13,541 nucleotides of DNA, from the NCBI GenBank assembly GCA_038320275.1, contig JBBQEB010000105.1, positions 1 to 13,541 of the forward strand, in the 5' to 3' direction. Below the pieces are notes generated by a model, which worked only from the letters and a program-made list of their open reading frames with translations, made no database searches and was not told the DNA's origin. This document shows, one piece after another, positions 7,869 through 13,541 of the stretch. This DNA is from Myxococcales bacterium (lineage in GTDB: Bacteria > Myxococcota > Myxococcia > Myxococcales > Anaeromyxobacteraceae). A program made the position numbers and the translations under genes. Numbering within the stretch: the stretch's first letter is position 1; each line of letters opens with the position of its first letter.

Positions 7869-8022
7869 GGGGCGGGATGGGCGGCGCGAGAGCCGAAAGG
7901 AGCGCGTTGACGCTTCTCGGCCGGTGCGGGCGGCGGGTGTATAACTCTCCGCCCGGGCGCCCGTGCGAAAAATGGCGGTCCCAAGGGAGCGGGCGCGCGC
8001 CACCGCAGCGATGGGAGGAGCC

Positions 8023-9129
8023 GTGATCGTCGGCGTTCCGAAGGAGACGAAGACGCGCGAGTACCGCGTCGGAATGGTGCCCGCAGGCGCGGACGCGCTC
8101 GTGCGCGCTGGACACACGGTGCTGGTGGAGGCGGGCGCCGGGGCTGGCGCCGGGATCACCAACGCCGAGTACGGGGCGGTCGGCGCCCGCATCGTCTCAG
8201 GGCCGGAAGAGGTCTGGGCAAGCGCCGAGCTGGTGGTGAAGGTGAAGGAGCCCATCGAGCCGGAGTACGAGCGGATGCGGGCGGGCCAGATCATCTACAC
8301 CTACTTCCACCTGGCCGCGGCGCGCCGCCTCGCGGAGGAACTGGTGGAACGGCGGGTGTCGGCCGTCGCCTACGAGACGGTCCAGCGTCCCGACGGCTCC
8401 CTCCCGCTCCTCCGGCCGATGAGCGAGGTGGCGGGCCGGATGTCCATCCAGGTCGGCGCCATGTGCCTGCAGAAGGAGAGCGGCGGGAGAGGCGTGCTCC
8501 TCGGGGGCGTCCCCGGCGTGCCGCACGGCAAGGTGGTCATCCTCGGCGCCGGGACGGTGGGCGTCAACGCCGCCAAGATGGCGGTGGGGATGGGCGCCGA
8601 CGTCACCATCCTCGACGTGAACGTCGAGCGGCTGACCTGGGTGGACGACGCCTTCGCGGGCCGCGTCACGACCCTCTACTCCGACGCGCACACGGTGGAC
8701 GCCCAGCTCCGCGACGCCGACCTCGTCGTCGGAGCGGTCCTCGTGGCCGGCGCGCGAGCGCCGCGGCTCGTCACGGAGGAGATGATCCGGCACATGATGC
8801 CGGGCTCGGTGGTGGTGGACGTCGCGGTGGACCAGGGCGGGTGCATCGAGACGGCTCATCCCACCACCCACGACGATCCCACCTTCGTCCTGCACGGGGT
8901 GGTGCACTATTGCGTCGCGAACATGCCGGGCGCCGTGGCGCGTACCAGTACCTTCGCGCTCACCAACACCACCATCGCCGGCGCCATGCAACTCGCCGAA
9001 AAGGGGCTCCTCGGCGCGGTCCAGGATGACCCCTCGCTCGCGCTGGGGGTGAACGCGCACGCCGGGCACCTCACGCACGAGGTGGTGGCGCGGAGCCTCG
9101 CCATGCCCTTCCTTCCGCTGCCCCTGTAG
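8023..9129 (+). CDS. ald: Alanine dehydrogenase
   Basis: [73 protein letters not shown] before GTG 8023. Confidence 0.98.
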   Translation: MIVGVPKETKTREYRVGMVPAGADALVRAGHTVLVEAGAGAGAGITNAEYGAVGARIVSGPEEVWASAELVVKVKEPIEPEYERMRAGQIIYTYFHLAAARRLAEELVERRVSAVAYETVQRPDGSLPLLRPMSEVAGRMSIQVGAMCLQKESGGRGVLLGGVPGVPHGKVVILGAGTVGVNAAKMAVGMGADVTILDVNVERLTWVDDAFAGRVTTLYSDAHTVDAQLRDADLVVGAVLVAGARAPRLVTEEMIRHMMPGSVVVDVAVDQGGCIETAHPTTHDDPTFVLHGVVHYCVANMPGAVARTSTFALTNTTIAGAMQLAEKGLLGAVQDDPSLALGVNAHAGHLTHEVVARSLAMPFLPLPL

Positions 9130-9147
9130 ACGAGAGCTGCGCCTTTC

Positions 9148-9219
9148 ATCGCCCCGGCGGCGAGGGCCCCCTGCGGCTGCGCAACGTGCCTCCGGGGACC
9201 CCCGGCTCGCCGTGGCTCG
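9148..9219 (-). repeat. Compact (uninterrupted) copy of the hairpin repeat
   Basis: Reverse complement equals the joined arms of 1913-2185. Internal stems 9158-9164/9206-9212 and 9162-9171/9194-9203. Confidence 0.9.
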
Positions 9220-9239
9220 CGGCCGCGGGCGCTCCACGC

Positions 9240-9266
9240 GGGAATCGACGCCTGCGGCCCCCTGTT
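9240..9266 (+). promoter_or_regulatory. Putative autoregulatory ECF promoter GGGAAT-N18-GTT (SigR/SigH type)
   Basis: GGAAT 9241-9245, exactly 18 nt, GTT 9264-9266, upstream of a SigR/SigH-like sigma gene. Confidence 0.7.
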
Positions 9267-9333
9267 TCCGACCTGACCTCGGGAAGCGTGGACACGCCCC
9301 CGGCGGTACATCTGGGGGAGGAGGGCTCGTTCC

Positions 9334-9969
9334 ATGTTCAAGGGCGATCGCGACGACCTCATCCGCGGCGAGTTCGAGGAGCTCTCGATGCGCCACCTCG
9401 ACCCCCTCTACTCCGCGGCGCTGCGCCTCACCAGGAACGACCGCGACGCAGAGGACCTGGTGCAGGACACCTTCCTGCGCGCCTACCGCTTCTTCGACAA
9501 GTTCGAGCGCGGCACCAACATGAAGGCGTGGCTGTTCAAGATCCTCACCAACACCTTCATCAACACGTATCGCCGCACGGCGAAGGAGCGCAGCATCGTC
9601 GAGGGGTCGGAGCGGGAGGCGGTGCACGAGCGCTTCATCTCCCGGGCGGCGAGCGAGTCGGCCGGAAACCCGGAGGCCTCCTTCTTCGATCGCCTGCTCT
9701 CCGACGACGTGCTCCGGGCGGTGGACGGGCTTCCCGTCGACTTCCGCATGGTGGTGATCCTCGCCGACCTGCAGGAGTTCTCCTACAAGGAGATCGCCGA
9801 GATCCTGGAGGTGCCGGTGGGCACGGTGATGAGCCGGCTCTACCGCGGCCGCCGCCTGCTCCAGAAGGCGCTCGCGAAGTATGCCGTGGTGGCGGGCGTG
9901 ATCCGGTCCCCAGGCGAGGGCACCATCGACCTGGAGGCCTTTCGCCGCCGCCGCACGCGGTCGGCGTAG
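9334..9969 (+). CDS. rpoE1: ECF RNA polymerase sigma factor, SigR/SigH-like (probable RpoE1 orthologue)
   Basis: Region 2 [24 protein letters not shown]...[18 protein letters not shown]; region 4 [36 protein letters not shown]. The symbol rests on synteny with ald and frzS. Confidence 0.93.
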   Translation: MFKGDRDDLIRGEFEELSMRHLDPLYSAALRLTRNDRDAEDLVQDTFLRAYRFFDKFERGTNMKAWLFKILTNTFINTYRRTAKERSIVEGSEREAVHERFISRAASESAGNPEASFFDRLLSDDVLRAVDGLPVDFRMVVILADLQEFSYKEIAEILEVPVGTVMSRLYRGRRLLQKALAKYAVVAGVIRSPGEGTIDLEAFRRRRTRSA

Positions 9970-9981
9970 GCACGGGACGGC

Positions 9982-10815
9982 ATGACCATGCGACCCGGCG
10001 ACCCGGCGGAGGCGGCGCCGCTCCTCGAATGTGCCGATCTGGAGAACGTGCTCGACGCCTTCCTCGACGGCGAGCTCGCCCCGAGAGAAACGGAGGAGGC
10101 CTCCCTGCACCTCGCCTCCTGCGAGCCCTGCCGCGAGCGCGCGGGCGCGGCCGAGCGCACCCGCGCCGCCCTCCGGGCTTGCCTGCGGCTCGCGATGGGC
10201 GCACCGGCGCCCCTGTCGCGCGCGCCGGGAGAGCTGCGCGAGCGGCTGCGGCAGGCGCTCGCGCGCGAGGCGCGGCCCTTCTGGCGCCGGGCGCTGGCGC
10301 CGCTGCCTCTCGGGTCGCTCGCTGCGTTCACGTTCTGCGCGGCGCTCCTCCTCGCCGCGCACGGCTGGACCGATCCCCTGGTGGACGAGTCGGTGCGGAA
10401 GCACGCGCGCGACCTGCCGCTCGAGGTGCGCGCCGAGGTGGGGCCGGAGTCACTCGCGGGCTGGCTGGCGGGCCGGCTCGACTTCGACGCCGCGCCCCCC
10501 CGGTTCGCGACCTCCGGCGTGCGGCTCGTCGGCGCCCGCCTGTCGCACATCCAGGATCATCCGGCCGCCTATGTCCGCTACGATCTGCCGAGCCACAGGC
10601 TCGGGCTGTTCATCCTCGACGACCCCGACCATCGCTTTGTGGGCGCGACCGACCTCCTTCGCACGGGGGCGTCCCCGGTCCGCTACGCGAACGCCGGGCG
10701 CTTCCATGTGGCGGTCTGGCGGCGGGACGAGATCGTCTACAGCCTCGTGTCGGACCTCGAGGAGACGGAGCTCGCCGAGCTGGTGGCGGACGCACAGAGG
10801 CCTCGCGCGCGCTGA
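9982..10815 (+). CDS. Anti-sigma factor with zinc-binding (zf-HC2/ZAS) domain, one TM helix and extracytoplasmic domain
   Basis: C...LDAFLDGEL...HLASCEPC (HxxxCxxC); hydrophobic LGSLAAFTFCAALLLAA; 12 bp downstream of the sigma gene. ATG 9988 is an alternative start. Confidence 0.9.
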   Translation: MTMRPGDPAEAAPLLECADLENVLDAFLDGELAPRETEEASLHLASCEPCRERAGAAERTRAALRACLRLAMGAPAPLSRAPGELRERLRQALAREARPFWRRALAPLPLGSLAAFTFCAALLLAAHGWTDPLVDESVRKHARDLPLEVRAEVGPESLAGWLAGRLDFDAAPPRFATSGVRLVGARLSHIQDHPAAYVRYDLPSHRLGLFILDDPDHRFVGATDLLRTGASPVRYANAGRFHVAVWRRDEIVYSLVSDLEETELAELVADAQRPRAR

Positions 10816-10833
10816 ACGGCGGACGCCGGTCCT

Positions 10834-10863
10834 TTGACAGCCTCTCCACGGGGCCGTTACGAT
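10834..10863 (+). promoter_or_regulatory. Sigma70-type promoter TTGACA-N18-TACGAT upstream of frzS
   Basis: Perfect -35 at 10834-10839 and TACGAT at 10858-10863 in a very GC-rich intergenic gap. Confidence 0.7.
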
Positions 10864-10926
10864 CCCGCCGAGATCGCCCCGCGCACCGCTCGGGCGGACG
10901 CGCTGGCGCCACCGGAACGGAGCTCC

Positions 10927-11928
10927 ATGTCGAAGAAGATCCTCGTCATCGAGAGCGACACGACCTTCGCCGAAGGGCTCGCCGCCGCCCTCTCCGCCCG
11001 TGGCCTGGAGCCCCTCCTGTGCGCCGACGGCAAGGAGGGGCTCGAGCTCGCGCGCGCGGATCGTCCGGACGCGATCGTGCTCTGCGTCGAGCTGCCCAAG
11101 CTCTCCGGCTACGCGGTGTGCAACAAGCTCAAGAAGGACGACGCCCTGAAGAGCATCCCCCTCCTGCTCACCAGCGCCGAGGCGAACGAGGAGACCTTCG
11201 AGGCCCACCGAAAGCTGAAGGCGAGAGCCGACGACTACCTCATGAAGCCCTTCGGCGAGGCTGTGCTGCTCGAAAGGCTCGGTCGCCTCCTCAATCTTAC
11301 AGGTGAGGGCGAGCGCAGCTCCGCCGCAGACCTCGGCAGCGCCGACACCGGTGGGATGGCTAGCGCCGCGCCGGGAGGCGAGCTGGAGGACCTCACCTTC
11401 GTGCCTGAAGAGGAGCTCGTCCTCGACGATGCGGCCCCCTCGTTCGCGCTCCCGGTGGAGAGCGCGCGCGACGAGGAGGACCTGGCGCTCGACCTGCTCG
11501 AGGAGCTTCCAGGCTCCGGCATGGACGGGGCGCTGTCGAGCGCCCCGCTCGACGAGAGCGCGGCGGACGAGGCCGCCGCGGAGATCGCCAGCCTCAGGGA
11601 GGCGCTCGGCGATCGCGAGCGTGCCCTCACCGCGGCCGACGCGCGGCTGCGGCAGGCCGAGGAGCGCGCCAGCGCCGCAGAGCAGCGCGCGAATCTGGCC
11701 TCCGCGGCGGTGGCGGCGCTGCAGTCGCGCCTGCAGGAACTGGAGGGCTCCGGCGCGGGGGCGGACGGCCCTCCGCCGGGCGACGCACACGCAACCGGCT
11801 CCCGCTCATCGGGCAGCGCCGGACTCGACGGCCCGGCGCGCGAGCAGGTGCGGCAGGCCTTGCTGGCCGCTCTCGCGCTCCTGGGAGATCGCCCCTCCGG
11901 CGCGGAACCCCGCCCCGAAGAGGGATGA
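10927..11928 (+). CDS. frzS: FrzS-like protein: atypical receiver domain, acidic linker, short coiled coil
   Basis: MSKKILVIESDT...RPDAIVLCVE...GYAVCNKLKKDDALKSIP...FEAHRKLKARADDYLMKP closely resembles the M. xanthus FrzS receiver as I recall it. Heptad-like segment EIASLREAL...LQELE. Same position after ald-rpoE1-anti-sigma. GGAG before ATG 10927. Confidence 0.85.
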   Translation: MSKKILVIESDTTFAEGLAAALSARGLEPLLCADGKEGLELARADRPDAIVLCVELPKLSGYAVCNKLKKDDALKSIPLLLTSAEANEETFEAHRKLKARADDYLMKPFGEAVLLERLGRLLNLTGEGERSSAADLGSADTGGMASAAPGGELEDLTFVPEEELVLDDAAPSFALPVESARDEEDLALDLLEELPGSGMDGALSSAPLDESAADEAAAEIASLREALGDRERALTAADARLRQAEERASAAEQRANLASAAVAALQSRLQELEGSGAGADGPPPGDAHATGSRSSGSAGLDGPAREQVRQALLAALALLGDRPSGAEPRPEEG

Positions 11929-11933
11929 GCTCA

Positions 11934-11960
11934 CCCCGGCCCAGCAGCACTGGACCGGGG
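11934..11960. terminator. GC-rich hairpin between convergent genes (possible bidirectional terminator)
   Basis: CCCCGG-C-CCAG (cagca) CTGG-A-CCGGGG; no clear U-tract. Confidence 0.5.
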
Positions 11961-11969
11961 GGCCTGTTG

Positions 11970-12293
11970 CTAGGCGGGCGTCGCGTCCGAGCTGTCGCTC
12001 CGGCCGCTGGAGGCGCGGGCGGCGCCGAACGCGGCAGCGATGGCGAGAAGGTTGGTGGGCGAAAGCGCCGTGCGGCCCGCCGCCTTCACCACCGGCTTCA
12101 GCACCGGCCAGAGCCCACCGCCCAGGAGGAATCCGGCGCCCGCGGCGATGCCGAGGACGACCCACGGGTTCTCGCGCATGCGGCGGTCGATCTCGAACCT
12201 CTCCCGGGCGTCCTGGGCGGCGTCGATGAGCTGGTCCTTCACTGCGTTGACGGTCTCGGTGACCTGGGTGGGGTCCACGGAGTCGATGGCCAT
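11970..12293 (-). CDS. Small membrane protein, DUF883/ElaB-like
   Basis: Helical acidic N-terminus, then RENPWVVLGIAAGAGFLLGG hydrophobic motif; AAGGA RBS; 15 bp after the preceding small gene. Confidence 0.75.
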   Translation of the reverse strand: MAIDSVDPTQVTETVNAVKDQLIDAAQDARERFEIDRRMRENPWVVLGIAAGAGFLLGGGLWPVLKPVVKAAGRTALSPTNLLAIAAAFGAARASSGRSDSSDATPA

Positions 12294-12308
12294 GTCGTCC
12301 TTTCCGAT

Positions 12309-12518
12309 CTAGGAGCGGGCCGCGAGGCGGCCGAAGATGAAGCCGACGCCCACGGCGCAGGCGATGGCGAGCAGGGGCTTCTCGCGCGCGAAGTCGCGGA
12401 TGGTGCTGTCGGCCGACTCGGCGTAGCCGCGGACGTCGTCCATGCGCTCCGTCACCTGTCCCTGCACGTCTCGGAGCGCGTCGCGGGCATTGGCGGTCAC
12501 TTCATTCACGTCGGTCAT
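12309..12518 (-). CDS. DUF883 / ElaB-YqjD family C-tail-anchored protein
   Basis: 69 aa; FAREKPLLAIACAVGVGFIFGRL C-terminal signature; GGAGGAA RBS. Confidence 0.82.
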   Translation of the reverse strand: MTDVNEVTANARDALRDVQGQVTERMDDVRGYAESADSTIRDFAREKPLLAIACAVGVGFIFGRLAARS

Positions 12519-12623
12519 GTAGGGTTCCTCCGCAGCTGGGTGCGCGAAAGGTATGCGCTCGGGTCCGTCCTGGTAAGGGATTGTAGGGTGCCGCCGCGAG
12601 AATGGCGCGGCAGAGACCTGAAG

Positions 12624-13541
12624 TCAGCGGGAAGGAGGGGGTGCCGGGGCGCGGTAGGCGCGGCGGCGCAGGACGTTCGACACCTCGGCGAGCTCGCGGA
12701 TCCCGAGCAGCCGTGCGCATGCGAGGTAGGCGAGACCACCGCACCCGATGGGGACGAGGGCCAGGCAGAGCTGGCGGAGGAGCCCGCGCGCCGGGACGAC
12801 GCTCTCGAGGCCGTGCAGGGTTCCCCAGGCCACCAGGGCCAGCACCGCCGAGGCGGCGAGCACCCGCGCGAGCTGCCCCATCACCCCCTGGTCGCCCAGA
12901 TCTCCGTGCCGCCGGCGCCAGGCAATCGCCAGGACGGCGAAGTTGGCGATGGCTGCCAGGGAGGTCCCGAGCGCCACGCCCCGGAAACCGAGCACCGGGT
13001 AGAGCGCCAGGTTGAGGCCGACGTTCGCGGCCATGCCGAGGAAGCTTCCCAGCACCGGCACGCGCGCCTCGTCGAGCGCGTAGAAGGCGGGCGCGAAGAC
13101 CTTCACGCCGGAGTAGGCGTAGAGCCCGATGGCGTAGAAGAGCAGCGCCTGGGCGGTGGATGCGGTGGCGGCCTCGCTGAAGCGGCCGTGCTGGTAGATG
13201 AGGCCGATGATGGGCTGCGCCAGCACCATCAGCCCCACCGCGGAGGGCACGTTGAGGAACCCGACGAGGCGCATGGCCGAGCCCATCGTCCGCCGCACGG
13301 ACGCCATGTCCCCAGCGGCGGCCTTCTGGGCGACGCCCGCCCCTGCGACCGTCGCAATGGCCACGCCGAACACGCCCAGCGGGAACTGCATCAGTCGAAA
13401 CGCGAAGTTGAGCCAGCTCACGGCGCCCCGCTGGTGCGAGGCGAAGATGGTGTTCACGACGATGTTCACCTGCGTCGCCGAGAGCCCCACCACGGCCGCG
13501 GCCATGAGGCGGCCGATGCGGCGCACGCCCGGCTCGGAGAG
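12624..13541 (-). CDS. murJ: Lipid II flippase MurJ (MviN), 3' part; 5' end lies outside the window
   Basis: QVNIVVNTIFAS, VSWLNFAFRLMQFPLGVFGVAIAT, IYQHGRF, AFYALD..RVP, GVALGTSLA; frame open to the window edge. Confidence 0.96.
   Translation of the reverse strand, partial: LSEPGVRRIGRLMAAAVVGLSATQVNIVVNTIFASHQRGAVSWLNFAFRLMQFPLGVFGVAIATVAGAGVAQKAAAGDMASVRRTMGSAMRLVGFLNVPSAVGLMVLAQPIIGLIYQHGRFSEAATASTAQALLFYAIGLYAYSGVKVFAPAFYALDEARVPVLGSFLGMAANVGLNLALYPVLGFRGVALGTSLAAIANFAVLAIAWRRRHGDLGDQGVMGQLARVLAASAVLALVAWGTLHGLESVVPARGLLRQLCLALVPIGCGGLAYLACARLLGIRELAEVSNVLRRRAYRAPAPPPSR

Noticed and set aside
7907..7945. TTGACG and TATAAC upstream of ald as a sigma70 promoter
   Set aside because: The spacer is 27 bp, too long for one promoter. 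TATAAC/TATACA may still be a -10 for one of the divergent genes but cannot be assigned.
5293..8115. 940-aa ORF suggesting a large methyltransferase fusion
   Set aside because: Only the last ~404 aa are RlmI-like. The N-terminal part is Arg/Gly/Ala-rich off-frame read-through of the radical SAM gene, and a proper ATG lies at 6507.
42..13015. Many long overlapping or antisense ORFs (e.g. 42..1424, 2033..3436, 5359..6696, 8197..10404, 9186..11306, 10450..11790)
   Set aside because: Shadow frames expected at very high GC. They are low-complexity R/P/A/G translations with no motifs, lying over clearly recognisable genes.

Overview
Very GC-rich bacterial chromosomal window, most consistent with an Anaeromyxobacter-like myxobacterium. 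The assignment rests on a recognisable ald - ECF sigma - anti-sigma - frzS block that matches the Myxococcus xanthus aldA-rpoE1-anti-sigma-frzS locus as I recall it. Gene order: family-4 uracil-DNA glycosylase (-), secreted Zn-dependent phospholipase C/P1-nuclease-fold protein (+), coaBC (-), hicA-hicB toxin-antitoxin (+), CPBP intramembrane protease (+), RlmI-like rRNA methyltransferase (-) translationally coupled to an uncharacterised radical SAM protein (-), alanine dehydrogenase (+), SigR/SigH-like ECF sigma (+), zinc-binding membrane anti-sigma (+), short FrzS-like pseudo-receiver/coiled-coil protein (+), two small DUF883/ElaB-like membrane proteins (-), and the 3' part of murJ (-). The most unusual non-coding feature is a ~72-bp hairpin repeat present twice in opposite orientation. 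The copy at 9148-9219 is compact. The copy at 1913-2185 is split by a ~195-bp, highly self-complementary insert flanked by a GCCGC duplication. Several promoters are readable directly: a palindrome-covered, apparently leaderless hicAB promoter, a GGAAT-N18-GTT SigR-type promoter before the ECF sigma gene, and a near-consensus sigma70 promoter before frzS.
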